Assembly (NCBI GenBank): GCA_964588955.1
Contig: CAZPQJ010000001.1
Location: forward strand, 93,572 to 157,571
Length of the DNA stretch: 64,000 nt
Reading direction: 5' to 3'
Origin: an uncultured Gammaproteobacteria bacterium
Lineage (GTDB): Bacteria; Patescibacteriota; Patescibacteriia; UBA9934; CAMTUG01
Position numbers and translations under genes: made by a program. Shown one piece after another: positions 1-9,316 of this stretch (its first letter is position 1; every line of letters starts with the position of its first letter). Below the pieces are notes generated by a model. That model did no database searches. It had not been told where the DNA came from and saw only the letters and a program-made list of their open reading frames with translations.

Positions 1-469
1 CTTCCCGATGTTCGAAGTGGACGACGAGGGAAACATCGCTGCCAAGCATCACCCGTTCTGTTCTATTCACGAGGAAGACAAAGAGAAGTTCATGAAAGGT
101 GAGGACGTGATGTCGATTCGTGCCAACGCCTACGATTTGGTGTTGAACGGGTATGAACTTTCTTCAGGAAGTATTCGTATTCATGAACGAGAATTGCAGA
201 AGCGCATTTTTGATCTGTTGAATATCACCGAAGAAGAGCAACAGAAACGCTTTGGACATATGCTGGAAGCGTTTACTTTTGGTGCTCCGCCGCACGGTGG
301 ATTTGCTCCAGGGATTGATCGCATCGTTATGCTTATGGCTGGTGAGCCAAACATTCGCGAGGTGATTGCATTTCCTAAGGATGGTCACGCGTATGACCAG
401 ATGATGGGGGCACCAACGCCATTGCCGGAAAAGTCCTTAAAAGAGGTGCACATTAAATTGGATACCTAA
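1..469 (+). CDS. aspS: Aspartyl-tRNA synthetase, C-terminal fragment (5' end lies outside the window)
   Basis: Class II motif 3 [14 protein letters not shown]...IREVIAFPK and [19 protein letters not shown] are typical of bacterial AspRS; the ORF runs off the left edge. Confidence 0.85.
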   Translation, partial: FPMFEVDDEGNIAAKHHPFCSIHEEDKEKFMKGEDVMSIRANAYDLVLNGYELSSGSIRIHERELQKRIFDLLNITEEEQQKRFGHMLEAFTFGAPPHGGFAPGIDRIVMLMAGEPNIREVIAFPKDGHAYDQMMGAPTPLPEKSLKEVHIKLDT

Positions 470-1165
470 ATGTTTTTCGAAGTCACGCTCGATCAATTTG
501 CCGGACCAATGCAACTTCTCCTCGAATTAATCGAGAAGGAAGATTTAGATATCACCAACGTCTCGCTTGCCAAGGTAACAGAAGATTATTTGGGATATGT
601 GAATAGTCATGAGGTGCCAAGTCATGAACTGGCAGATTTCTTGGTGGTGGCGGCAAAACTGATTTATCTGAAATCGCGTGCTATTTTGCCCGAAGATCCG
701 GAAGAAGAGGAAGAGGCGGATGCTTTGGCGGCACAGTTAAAACTGTATCGTGAGTTTGTGGACGCAACGGTATACATTGACCAGCTGATGACGAGCAGTG
801 CCGTTTCTTACGGACGCCAGCGCACCTATGTTCCACCGGAAACAAAGTTCCGACCGCCCATGAACGCGACGATGGGGGAGCTCTCCACCTCGTTTGACGA
901 GTTGCTTAAGCGTCTTCAGCCGTTCTTTAGCTTGCAAGAGACTTCGATGCAACGTGTGGCAAGCGTGGAAGAGCGCATCAAACAGATTCACACCGTACTG
1001 CTCGATCGTGCGCGTATGACCTTCCGCGACATCACTAAAGGAGCGGCTTCGCGGGTAGACGTGCTAGTGAGTTTTCTGGCATTATTGGAGCTGATGAAGC
1101 AAAAGTTGATTACTGCGGTGCAAGCTTCGGAGTTCGGAGAAATTGAATTACACCGCGTAGAATAA
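470..1165 (+). CDS. scpA: Segregation and condensation protein A
   Basis: N-terminal FEVTLDQFAGPMQLLLELIEKEDLDITNVSLAKVTEDYL matches ScpA, and scpB follows immediately. Confidence 0.8.
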   Translation: MFFEVTLDQFAGPMQLLLELIEKEDLDITNVSLAKVTEDYLGYVNSHEVPSHELADFLVVAAKLIYLKSRAILPEDPEEEEEADALAAQLKLYREFVDATVYIDQLMTSSAVSYGRQRTYVPPETKFRPPMNATMGELSTSFDELLKRLQPFFSLQETSMQRVASVEERIKQIHTVLLDRARMTFRDITKGAASRVDVLVSFLALLELMKQKLITAVQASEFGEIELHRVE

Positions 1166-1740
1166 TGATTATGACAAAAACGGAAGTGGAAGCGATCATT
1201 TTTGCCTCTGGTAAGCCGGTTGGCTTACGCGCCATTGCCAAGGTGTTAACTAGTTCGCTGGAAGAAGTACAAGCCTGCGTCGCGGAGTTGAAGAAAGAAA
1301 AAAATACGGCAGAGTCGGGAGTGCATCTATTGGATCATGAAGGGACGGTGCAGTTTGTCACCAATCCAGCACATGGAGCGCTGATTGCTTCGCTCGTCAA
1401 AGACGAATTTGCCGGAGAGCTCACGCGTCCGCAGTTGGAAACGCTTTCGGTGATTTGCTATCGCGGACCCGTCACCAAACCGGAGATCGAGCAGATTCGT
1501 GGCGTCAATTGCTCGGTGATCATTCGTAATTTATTGATTCGTGGATTAGTGGAAGAACGGGAAGACGCATCGCGGTTACAACTTGTATACACGGTGACGG
1601 CGGATTTTGTGCGGCATTTAGGTGTGTCGACCCTGACAGACCTGCCGGAGTTCGAGCGCTTTCATAATGATGAGCGGATTACCAAATTGATCGAGGAGGC
1701 GGCGAGTCCGACGGAAGACCATCCCCCGTCCTCCGTATAA
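1165..1740 (+). CDS. scpB: Segregation and condensation protein B
   Basis: EVEAIIFASGKPVGLRAIAKVL and TLSVICYRGPVTKPEIEQIRGV are ScpB winged-helix signatures; the start overlaps the scpA stop. Confidence 0.85.
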   Translation: MIMTKTEVEAIIFASGKPVGLRAIAKVLTSSLEEVQACVAELKKEKNTAESGVHLLDHEGTVQFVTNPAHGALIASLVKDEFAGELTRPQLETLSVICYRGPVTKPEIEQIRGVNCSVIIRNLLIRGLVEEREDASRLQLVYTVTADFVRHLGVSTLTDLPEFERFHNDERITKLIEEAASPTEDHPPSSV

Positions 1741-1758
1741 AGGAGGGAAATAACGCTT

Positions 1759-2718
1759 ATGTTTTTACGCGCGATGATGCAGGCAGTATTGGCGATTGGC
1801 TTGATTCAGTTTGTTCCTGTTGATGGAGCCGTGCTTGAACAGTCCGCGCAATTACCAACGGCCGCAGCCTATCCAGCAAGCGGGGTGTTGGGTCGACTGG
1901 TGAGTGCTAGCTTGCCCACAGCTCCCGACCGCATTCCTAAACGTCTGGACGACAGCAGTATGGGGGTTGTGACGAGTGCTCGAAGCGTGTTGGTTACAGA
2001 TCGAAAGAGCGGGGCAGCATTGTATGAAAAAAATGCTGATGAGGTGCGTCCGATCGGGAGTATTAGCAAGCTCATGACGGCCTTGGTATTTTTGGAAACC
2101 CAACCTAATCTAAACGGACCGGGAAGCGTCGTTGATGAGGATTATCGCGAGGGTGGGAGGGTATATTTGGCAGCAAATGATCCAATAACCGTCCGTGATT
2201 TGCTGCATGCTAGTTTGATTGGTTCAGACAATACGGCGACCATGTCGTTAGCGCGCATCTCCGGTTTTTCGGAAACAGACTTTGTCGCCAAGATGAACGC
2301 GAAAGCTCAAGCGCTCGGCATGGCCCACACGATCTTTCGTGATCCGACAGGTTTATCCGTTAATAACGTCTCCACCGCCAGAGACCTCGTCGCCTTGCTT
2401 TCGGCTGTACAAGAGGTGCCGGAGATTGCAGATACGATCGTGATGAGCCAGGTAACGATCACACAGGCGAGCGGTCGTGTTGTTACGATTGAATCAACAG
2501 ATGAGTTATTGACGAGCTTTATAAACCAGCCACCGTTTACGATGCTCGGCGGTAAGACCGGATATTTGCCAGAGGCGGGTTATTGCATTGGGGTTGGGGT
2601 ACGTCGCGAAGGGTCGGGTGACGTATTTATTGTTTTGCTCGGTTCAGATACCAAGTACACGCGGGTACAAGAGGCAAAGGGGTTAGCCGATTGGGTGTAT
2701 AGGGTGTTTAGTTGGTAG
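1759..2718 (+). CDS. D-alanyl-D-alanine carboxypeptidase (S11 peptidase, PBP5-like) with signal peptide
   Basis: Carries SxxK (SISKLMT), SxN (GSDNTA) and KTG (GGKTGY) active-site motifs and an N-terminal hydrophobic signal. Confidence 0.8.
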   Translation: MFLRAMMQAVLAIGLIQFVPVDGAVLEQSAQLPTAAAYPASGVLGRLVSASLPTAPDRIPKRLDDSSMGVVTSARSVLVTDRKSGAALYEKNADEVRPIGSISKLMTALVFLETQPNLNGPGSVVDEDYREGGRVYLAANDPITVRDLLHASLIGSDNTATMSLARISGFSETDFVAKMNAKAQALGMAHTIFRDPTGLSVNNVSTARDLVALLSAVQEVPEIADTIVMSQVTITQASGRVVTIESTDELLTSFINQPPFTMLGGKTGYLPEAGYCIGVGVRREGSGDVFIVLLGSDTKYTRVQEAKGLADWVYRVFSW

Positions 2719-2725
2719 GCAGAGT

Positions 2726-3184
2726 ATGCAAGATCTTTTCCTCTTTTTCCTTTCTGCTGTTCCCATCGGCGAATTGCGCGTGACGTTGCCTTTGGCGCTG
2801 CAGGTTTATGGTTTTTCTATTCCGCATGCCTTAGCGGTCGTATATGCGGGGAATGCGTTGCCTGTTTTGCCGCTGCTGTTTGGACTCCAGATTTTCGTCG
2901 CTTGGTCAGATCGGCGGATTCCACTTTTGCATCGGTTTTTTGTATGGTTCTTCCATCGCACGCGTTTACGATTTGAAAAGAATTATCAAACATACGGAGC
3001 CGTTGCTTTGTTTGTTTTTGTTGCTATTCCGCTTCCATTGACGGGTGTGTGGACAGCATCGGTGGCGGCAGTATTATTCGGGATTCGCCCGCGGGTTGCC
3101 TTTCCGGCTATCGTAGGTGGAATGGTGACAGCAGGATTGATCGTTCTTGTCCTAACGAAAGGAATCGCAGAACATCTTTTTTAA
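2726..3184 (+). CDS. Small polytopic membrane protein (COG2426 / small multidrug-export-like family)
   Basis: 152 aa with four predicted TM helices and a family-like N-terminus LSAVPIGELRVTLPLAL. Confidence 0.45.
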   Translation: MQDLFLFFLSAVPIGELRVTLPLALQVYGFSIPHALAVVYAGNALPVLPLLFGLQIFVAWSDRRIPLLHRFFVWFFHRTRLRFEKNYQTYGAVALFVFVAIPLPLTGVWTASVAAVLFGIRPRVAFPAIVGGMVTAGLIVLVLTKGIAEHLF

Positions 3185-3204
3185 GTTTTTTGTGTGAGAG
3201 CGTT

Positions 3205-4317
3205 ATGCGTATTGGGATTGATGCTCGCGCGGTAGTCCGCCCAAAGATTGAACGGGTGAGCGGGGTACATCAATATACCAGCGCCATTATTGCTGCTCTT
3301 CAACACTTAGCTCCTGAGGAGATCGTACTTTTTGGCGAGGATTCCGTCGTCGCTCCCGTACGATCGATTCCGTTTATTGGACATCATCTTGCCCTGCCAC
3401 AAGCGGTGCATCGCGCAGGGATTGATCTCTTTTTTTCTCCCACGGGACTTCTCCCGCTTGGATTGACGGTGCCATCCGTCGCCTTTATCCATGATTTATT
3501 TATTCTCAAGCATCCAGAATGGTTTCCTGATTCTGTTTTGCAACAAGTGTTTACCCTTAAATTAGTCCTGCCTCATAGCGTGCGTCGCGCACGTCGTCTG
3601 TTGGTCCCCTCGCTACGTGTCAAAGATGACGTCATTGATGCGTTTCCTGACTCTCGAGAAAAGATTTCCGTTGTTTGGGAGGGTGTGATGCCTCGTCGTC
3701 GCAAGGATTATGCGATGACCAAGGAATTGCGAGAGCGTTTGCGGATTGTACAGCGTTATATTGTTTCCGTTGCCACGGTAGAGCCTCGAAAAGACTTGAT
3801 AACGGCGATAAAAGCTTTTGAAGCCGTATTGACCGCGTGCCCAATGTTGGCGCGTACGTTGCAGTATGTGATTGTTGGTACGTCTGGTTGGAAGAGTAAT
3901 GCAACGTTTGCTGCCATCGAACAGGTGAACGCACGCTGGCGTTATTACGCCCCGGAAGTCATTCGCTACACGGGGCCAGTAACAGAACAAGAGAAGTGGA
4001 TCCTCTACGCCAACGCGGAGCTGTATCTTTGTACCTCGCTCGCCGAAGGATTTGGCTTACCGCCGTTTGAGGCCATGGCTGTGGAAACGCCGGTTATTAC
4101 TACGCCCGTCGGTGCGGTGAGTGAAGTGGCGAACGATGCGGTTATTGTTGTTGACTTTCGTAGTGATCGAAGCCTCAAGAGAGAAATTATCTCGCTGCTT
4201 GATAGTCCAGAAAAAGCGCGAGCATTAGCACAAAAAGGACAGAACGTTGTACAGCGACTTACCTGGGATCGCGCTGCCAAACAGACTCTAGATCTTTTGC
4301 ATCAAGAAGGGGCTTGA
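3205..4317 (+). CDS. Glycosyltransferase family 4 (GT-B, RfaB-like)
   Basis: The C-terminal GT1/GT4 core motif is EGFGLPPFEAMAVETPVITTPVGAVSEV. I place the start at the ATG at 3205 (MRIGIDARAV), because the listed ORF start at 3049 overlaps the upstream gene. Confidence 0.8.
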   Translation: MRIGIDARAVVRPKIERVSGVHQYTSAIIAALQHLAPEEIVLFGEDSVVAPVRSIPFIGHHLALPQAVHRAGIDLFFSPTGLLPLGLTVPSVAFIHDLFILKHPEWFPDSVLQQVFTLKLVLPHSVRRARRLLVPSLRVKDDVIDAFPDSREKISVVWEGVMPRRRKDYAMTKELRERLRIVQRYIVSVATVEPRKDLITAIKAFEAVLTACPMLARTLQYVIVGTSGWKSNATFAAIEQVNARWRYYAPEVIRYTGPVTEQEKWILYANAELYLCTSLAEGFGLPPFEAMAVETPVITTPVGAVSEVANDAVIVVDFRSDRSLKREIISLLDSPEKARALAQKGQNVVQRLTWDRAAKQTLDLLHQEGA

Positions 4318-4372
4318 TTTTTTGCCAATTTCTGTCATACTAGTCTCTCAATCTTGTTTGTTGTTATTGTAT

Positions 4373-6046
4373 ATGATGAAACGTAAACGTTTGCTCATGG
4401 CGCTTGGAGGGGTTGTTCTTTTGATTGGTGGAGGGGCGTACGCGGCAACGCGAGGTGGTTCCGCTTCAACCATGACGACGGAAACGGTGAAGCGCACGGA
4501 TGTTGTGCAGACGGTAGAAGTGACTGGTACCGTGGAAACAGAAAGCGACGTAGAGCTTTCGTTCGGTACTTCTGGAGTGGTGCGTATGGTCTCCGTAAAG
4601 GTGGGTGATGCGGTGCGAAGCGGTCAGGTGCTGGCCGTGCTAAATGCTGGCACCCTGCAAGCCTCTTATGCTCAAGCGCTGGAAGGATTGAACGAGGCTA
4701 AAGCCACCTTGGCGGAAAAAGAAGCCGGGATTTCTGATGAAGACACGGGTGTTAGCCAGGCAGATATCGCCGTTGCCGAAGCGGCCTTGGCGGCGGCAGA
4801 GCAAGACGTGGAACGCGTGAAGACGGAAACAACCGTCAACGCGCAGCAAGCCAAAGAAGATGTGGTCGATGCCCTGCGTTCGCTCGTAACGGAGATTCGT
4901 CAGGCTTTAGCATCGGCGGATACGGTATTGGGTGTAGAGAATCCATTGTTTAACCGTGGTTTCGATGAAGTGCTCGGTGCAGAAGATGTAAACGCGTTAC
5001 CTGCCGCGCAAGCCGCTTTTGAACGTGCCGCTGACAGCCGGGACACGGCCGAAGCAGCATTGTGGGCGTTAAATGGTACGGATACCACGGCGGCGGCCGA
5101 AGCTGCCGAAGTGGCCTATGCTGACGCGTATGAAACGCTTGCCGATACCAGTCGAGTGTTGGATGCTACCTCCGCGGACTCAGATGCTTTTTCGTTAGAT
5201 GACTTAGTCGCTTTTAAGTCGACGATCAGTGCCGCTCAATCTTCATTGGTGTCTATGGGATCTGGTTTGCGCGTCGCGCGTCAAGCGTCTGCCAATGCTG
5301 ATCAAGCCATGTCGCTCGATGTGGCTGATGCGCAAACCGTGGTGGATTCTCGAAAAGCAGATTTGGCTCGCGCGCAAGCGTCTTACGTGAGTGCTACGGC
5401 TGATCCGCGTGCTGTGAATCTTGCTGCGTATCAAGCGGCCGTTGGGCAAGCGGAGGCGAATGTTTCCGCGGCCGCCGCCCGTTTGCGCGACGCTCAGATT
5501 ATTTCTCCTATCACCGGAACCGTGACGGTACGGGAGATTGATCCAGGGGAATCTGCTTCGGCGTTAGTTCCCGTGTTAACGGTTCTTTCTTCTAGCGATA
5601 CGTATGCCGTAACACTTGATTTGCCAGAGGCGGATGTCGCGAAAGTAGCTATTGGTCAAACCGCTGAAATTACCTTCGACTCTTTGGGAGACGATCGTGT
5701 ATTTTCCGGTACCGTCGGTGCGATTGACCCGGCGCAAACGGTTATTCAAGACGTGGTCTTTTACTCGGCGAACGTTTTCTTGAATGCGGATCAGGATTTG
5801 TCCGTTATCAAACCAGGGATGAGCGCTAATGTTACCATCTTGACCGCGCAAAAGACGAACGTGCTGACTATTCCAAGTCGAGCTGTTTTGGAAAAGAATG
5901 GAGTCAAATACGTGCGCGTCCCAGAGGGGGATTCCTATGTTGAACGAACGGTCAGTGTGGGTTTGCGCGCCGACGATGGGCTCATGGAAATTGTGGATGG
6001 ACTCGGGGAAGGTGAAACAATTATTGTTTCACTCAAAACTAACTAA
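4373..6046 (+). CDS. HlyD/MacA-family periplasmic adaptor subunit of a tripartite efflux pump, with a very long Ala-rich coiled-coil hairpin
   Basis: An N-terminal TM anchor, a biotinyl-lipoyl-like VSVKVGDAVRSGQVLAVL segment, an extended alpha-helical Ala-rich region and a beta-barrel C-terminus are followed by ABC ATPase and permease genes. Confidence 0.75.
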   Translation: MMKRKRLLMALGGVVLLIGGGAYAATRGGSASTMTTETVKRTDVVQTVEVTGTVETESDVELSFGTSGVVRMVSVKVGDAVRSGQVLAVLNAGTLQASYAQALEGLNEAKATLAEKEAGISDEDTGVSQADIAVAEAALAAAEQDVERVKTETTVNAQQAKEDVVDALRSLVTEIRQALASADTVLGVENPLFNRGFDEVLGAEDVNALPAAQAAFERAADSRDTAEAALWALNGTDTTAAAEAAEVAYADAYETLADTSRVLDATSADSDAFSLDDLVAFKSTISAAQSSLVSMGSGLRVARQASANADQAMSLDVADAQTVVDSRKADLARAQASYVSATADPRAVNLAAYQAAVGQAEANVSAAAARLRDAQIISPITGTVTVREIDPGESASALVPVLTVLSSSDTYAVTLDLPEADVAKVAIGQTAEITFDSLGDDRVFSGTVGAIDPAQTVIQDVVFYSANVFLNADQDLSVIKPGMSANVTILTAQKTNVLTIPSRAVLEKNGVKYVRVPEGDSYVERTVSVGLRADDGLMEIVDGLGEGETIIVSLKTN

Positions 6047-6726
6047 TGCCTATGTCCGCGCCGCTGATTGATTTGCGGGCAATCACCAAAACCTACATCA
6101 ACGGGGAAACACAAACCCCGGTGTTGCATGGGGTTACCTTGTCGGTCGGCGCGGGGGAGTTTGTTTCGTTGATGGGGCCATCTGGTTCGGGAAAATCGAC
6201 CTTGATGCACATTTTGAGTTTGTTAGATCGTCAGGATGAGGGAGTGTACATGTTTGATGGGGTAGACACGGGATCGCTCGATGAAGTCGCTCGTGCCAAG
6301 CTACGTTTGAGTAAAATAGGATTTGTTTTTCAAGCGTTTCATTTACTGCCGCGTTTAACCGTTTTAGAGAACGTGCTTCTGCCACTGCTTTACGCGGAAC
6401 GCCCGGAAGCGGAACGTATGACCCGCGCCAAAGCAGCTTTAGCAGACGTAGGACTTACGGAACGTGAATCCTATCTGCCGAGCCAGCTTTCTGGTGGTCA
6501 AAAACAGCGAGTGGCGATCGCTCGCGCGTTGGTTAATACGCCGTCTGTGATTTTTGCCGATGAGCCGACGGGAAATTTGGATTCCGTCTCTAGCCATCAA
6601 GTTTTGGAGATTCTGCGTGATCTCGCTAAGAAAAAAGGACGAACCGTGGTTATGGTTACGCACGAAGAAGAGGCGGCAAGTTATAGTGATCGAGTGATTC
6701 GTATTCGTGACGGTAAGATTCTCTAA
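6046..6726 (+). CDS. ABC transporter ATP-binding protein (MacB/LolD-type)
   Basis: Walker A GPSGSGKST, ABC signature LSGGQKQRVAIARAL and Walker B IFADEPTGNLD are all present. Confidence 0.9.
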   Translation: MPMSAPLIDLRAITKTYINGETQTPVLHGVTLSVGAGEFVSLMGPSGSGKSTLMHILSLLDRQDEGVYMFDGVDTGSLDEVARAKLRLSKIGFVFQAFHLLPRLTVLENVLLPLLYAERPEAERMTRAKAALADVGLTERESYLPSQLSGGQKQRVAIARALVNTPSVIFADEPTGNLDSVSSHQVLEILRDLAKKKGRTVVMVTHEEEAASYSDRVIRIRDGKIL

Positions 6727-6728
6727 TT

Positions 6729-7961
6729 ATGCGCGCATTTGATCTTTTCTCCACGTCAACTGAGTCCTTACGGCGCAACACCTCGCGTTCGCTGTTGACT
6801 GTACTTGGTATCGTCATTGGTATTGGCGCGGTGATTTTGATGCTGTCGCTTGGGCAGGGAGCACAATCATACGTTTTGAATCAGGTTTCAAACTTAGGAT
6901 CGGATTTAGTGTTTGTTGAAGCGGGGAGTGGAGATGCGGGTGGTGGTCCGCCGTCGGCCTTTACTGAACAGACGGTAACGATGGATGATGTTGAGATGCT
7001 GCAAAAGCAAGGTCCGTTTTCTTTCGTTTCTGCCGTGGTGATCACCACAACGTCGGTGAGTGCTGGGCAAAACAGTACTTTCACCGATATTGCCGGGGTC
7101 GATGAGCATCAGTTAGATGTGTTTCCGGCGGAAGTGATCAACGGGCGGTTTATTGAAAAAGACGACGTAGACGCTCACGCGCGCGTGGCTGTGCTTGGTT
7201 ATGACCTTGCTCACGACTTGTTTGGTGATCAAGATCCAATCGGCGAGCGCGTGCAAGTCAAAAATTTGTCAGTGCGCGTTATTGGGGTCATGGGGGTGCA
7301 GGGGAGTAAGTTCTTCTCGAACCTTGATGGGCGCGTGTACTTGCCGGTAACCACGGCGCAGCGAGAATTGTTAGGCGTTGATTACGTGAACTATATTGCT
7401 GCCAAAGCGACCACGGAGATTGAAGCGGCCAAAGACGACGCGCGTGCCATTTTGCGCGACAGCCACAACCTAGATAATCCGGAACAAGATTTGGCCAAAG
7501 ATGATTTTAACGTTTCTTCGCAGTCAGACGCGGTGGCGATTATCGGCGCTGTCGGCTTTGCTCTTACATTACTGCTAGCGTCGATTGCGGCGATTTCGCT
7601 CGTGGTGGGTGGAATCGGTATCATGAACATCATGCTTGTGTCGGTAACTGAGCGTACCCGCGAGATTGGTTTGCGCAAAGCGATCGGTGCCACGGAAAGC
7701 GAAGTGCTGCGGCAGTTTTTGTTGGAAGCAGTGATCCTTACGTTGTTTGGTGGATTGATCGGGATTGTGGGAGGGGTCGGGTTTTCTGCCTTGGCTTCTT
7801 TAGCCCTCTCGCACTTTGTGGATGGCTGGACCTTTGTGATTCCGCCTGTGGCCATTATTGCCTCGGTGGGTGTTTCTACCGTCGTCGGCATCGCCTTCGG
7901 TTATTACCCCGCCCGCCGTGCTGCTCGTTTGGATCCCATTGAGGCCTTGCGGTATGAGTAG
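6729..7961 (+). CDS. ABC transporter permease with MacB-like periplasmic domain and FtsX domain
   Basis: N-terminal TM, a large periplasmic domain, and C-terminal FtsX-like TM helices (ERTREIGLRKAIGATE) match MacB-type permeases. Confidence 0.85.
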   Translation: MRAFDLFSTSTESLRRNTSRSLLTVLGIVIGIGAVILMLSLGQGAQSYVLNQVSNLGSDLVFVEAGSGDAGGGPPSAFTEQTVTMDDVEMLQKQGPFSFVSAVVITTTSVSAGQNSTFTDIAGVDEHQLDVFPAEVINGRFIEKDDVDAHARVAVLGYDLAHDLFGDQDPIGERVQVKNLSVRVIGVMGVQGSKFFSNLDGRVYLPVTTAQRELLGVDYVNYIAAKATTEIEAAKDDARAILRDSHNLDNPEQDLAKDDFNVSSQSDAVAIIGAVGFALTLLLASIAAISLVVGGIGIMNIMLVSVTERTREIGLRKAIGATESEVLRQFLLEAVILTLFGGLIGIVGGVGFSALASLALSHFVDGWTFVIPPVAIIASVGVSTVVGIAFGYYPARRAARLDPIEALRYE

Positions 7962-7989
7962 TGAGGGGGCCTTTTAGAGGATCGGGAGT

Positions 7990-8025
7990 GATCAGATTAT
8001 ATGGGCGGGGCCACTGTGCCCCGCC
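7990..8025 (+). repeat. 36-nt repeated element, copy A (GATCAGATTATATGGGCGGGGCCACTGTGCCCCGCC), containing a GC hairpin
   Basis: 33 of 36 nt are identical to the copy at 21515..21550. This copy overlaps the intrinsic terminator after the ABC permease. Confidence 0.6.
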
Positions 8026-8030
8026 TTTCG
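8003..8030 (+). terminator. Rho-independent terminator after the MacB-like permease
   Basis: An 8-bp GC stem GGCGGGGC/GCCCCGCC with loop CACTGT is followed by TTTCGTT. Confidence 0.6.
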
Positions 8031-8191
8031 TTATGTACATGGAGGGAATAGGTCGTGCCTCCACTTTTGGATATGAGCACCACATAGGCATCAGATCGAC
8101 ATCTCGTTGATATCAGGTTGATGTTGATTTGGTGCCTCCCGCTAAAAGCGGGTCGGGAGTATACCATCTTCCTGACCCTCAAAATGAAAAA

Positions 8192-8212
8192 TTGAACACA
8201 AATTGTGTTCAA
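8192..8212. promoter_or_regulatory. Palindrome TTGAACACA-AAT-TGTGTTCAA (site 1 of 3), a likely bidirectional terminator for the minus-strand tRNA cluster
   Basis: Perfect 9-bp inverted repeat flanked by A-runs, so it is U-rich after the hairpin on the minus strand. The same motif recurs at 17929 and 43503. Confidence 0.5.
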
Positions 8213-8273
8213 AAAACTGACGTTGATCCGTCGTTTAAATACACGAACACCGTCGGATGTCCGACGGTGACCA

Positions 8274-8350
8274 TGGTAGCGGGGGGCGGAATCGAACCGC
8301 CGACCTCGGGCTTATGAGTCCCACGCTCTAACCAACTGAGCTACCCCGCC
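8274..8350 (-). tRNA. tRNA with CAU anticodon (elongator Met or lysidine-modified Ile2), 77 nt with encoded CCA
   Basis: Reverse complement folds as a cloverleaf: acceptor GGCGGGG/CCCCGCT (G1-U72), anticodon loop CUCAUAA, T-loop GGTTCGATTCC, discriminator A and CCA. Confidence 0.8.
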
Positions 8351-8498
8351 TTGTAAACTGCGACTTCTGAAATTCCTCGATCTGCTGCGTTGCGGGTCCC
8401 TGCTCGCTCTTCAACGTATATTTTGGATACGTCTCAGAGCTCGCTGTCCCGCGCCTTGCATATCGAGTTTTTCAGAAGTCTCGTCTCCCATATCCATC

Positions 8499-8584
8499 TG
8501 GTGCCGCGGGAGGGATTTGAACCCTCAAGCCCTTGCGGGCAAAGGTGTTTGAGACCTTCGCGTATACCGTTCCGCCACCGCGGC
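8499..8584 (-). tRNA. tRNA-Leu (CAA), type II with long variable arm, 86 nt, CCA encoded
   Basis: Reverse complement: acceptor GCCGCGG/CCGCGGC, anticodon loop CUCAAAC giving anticodon CAA, variable arm GCCCGCAAGGGC, T-arm GAGGGTTCAAATCCCTC. Confidence 0.85.
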
Positions 8585-8686
8585 CTGTTTTGTGGCAGGG
8601 CAATACTAGCAAACCCCCTGTGTTTTTTCAAGGGCCTATTTTTGCCTGAAGATTGACAGATAGCCTGAGAAAGCGTATTCTTCCCC

Positions 8687-8763
8687 CGCGGGATGGAGCA
8701 GCCAGGCAGCTCGTCGGGCTCATAACCCGAAGGTCGTCGGTTCAAATCCGACTCCCGCAACCA
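8687..8763 (+). tRNA. Initiator tRNA-fMet (CAU), 77 nt, CCA encoded
   Basis: C1-A72 mismatch, three consecutive G-C pairs in the anticodon stem (TCGGG/CCCGA) and loop CTCATAA. Nearly identical to E. coli tRNA-fMet (CGCGGG..GCTCGTCGGGCTCATAACCCGAAGGTCGTCGGTTCAAATCC). Confidence 0.9.
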
Positions 8764-8768
8764 AAAAT

Positions 8769-8798
8769 CCGTCAGCGACAGGCTGGCGGTTTTTTGTT
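8769..8798 (+). terminator. Rho-independent terminator after tRNA-fMet
   Basis: Stem CCGTCAGC/GCTGGCGG (one G-U pair), loop GACAG, then TTTTTTGTT. Confidence 0.6.
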
Positions 8799-8833
8799 AT
8801 ACTGGTCGACGCTCTGCCTCTTTATCCCACATT

Positions 8834-9304
8834 ATGACCATGACCACGCATGCTGCTATCGGAGCGTTTATTGGGGCAAGAATCGGTAACCCCGTCCTCG
8901 GTTTCATTATAGGACTCGCCTCTCATTTTCTTGTTGATACCATTCCTCACGGCGACTCAAAGCACGTCCAGTGCTATTACCACGGCCATACCCGCGAGAA
9001 GCGCCGTTGGTTGCGGTTTTTACTTATTGATGCATGTGCGGCAACGAGTTTGGTGTTGATATTGCTCGCCACCCGAACATCTACCCAGCGTTTGGTATTT
9101 TCTTTAGCCATGATTGGCAGTATTCTTCCTGATCCGCTGGTCGGTTATTATGAATTAACCAAAAGTCGTTTTGTACGTCCGGTGTATCGTTTGCATTTTC
9201 TTTTTCATAACGCGCTCAGTAAACGTGTGGGAGATATTCCATTGCGCTATGCCTTGGTGGTTCAAGCCGTGGTGGTATTTTTCATTGTGGTGCGATTGCG
9301 GTAA
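8834..9304 (+). CDS. Membrane-bound metal-dependent hydrolase family protein (DUF457/YdjM-like)
   Basis: N-terminal THAAIGAFIGA and conserved His/Asp (HFLVDTIPHGD) match the DUF457 pattern. Confidence 0.5.
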   Translation: MTMTTHAAIGAFIGARIGNPVLGFIIGLASHFLVDTIPHGDSKHVQCYYHGHTREKRRWLRFLLIDACAATSLVLILLATRTSTQRLVFSLAMIGSILPDPLVGYYELTKSRFVRPVYRLHFLFHNALSKRVGDIPLRYALVVQAVVVFFIVVRLR

Positions 9305-9316
9305 AATAGACTAGCT

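Noticed and set aside
8129-8760. Small ORFs (8129-8317 +, 8390-8656 +, 8434-8760 -) across the tRNA cluster
   Set aside because: They overlap three well-folded tRNA genes and their terminators, so they are not credible coding regions.
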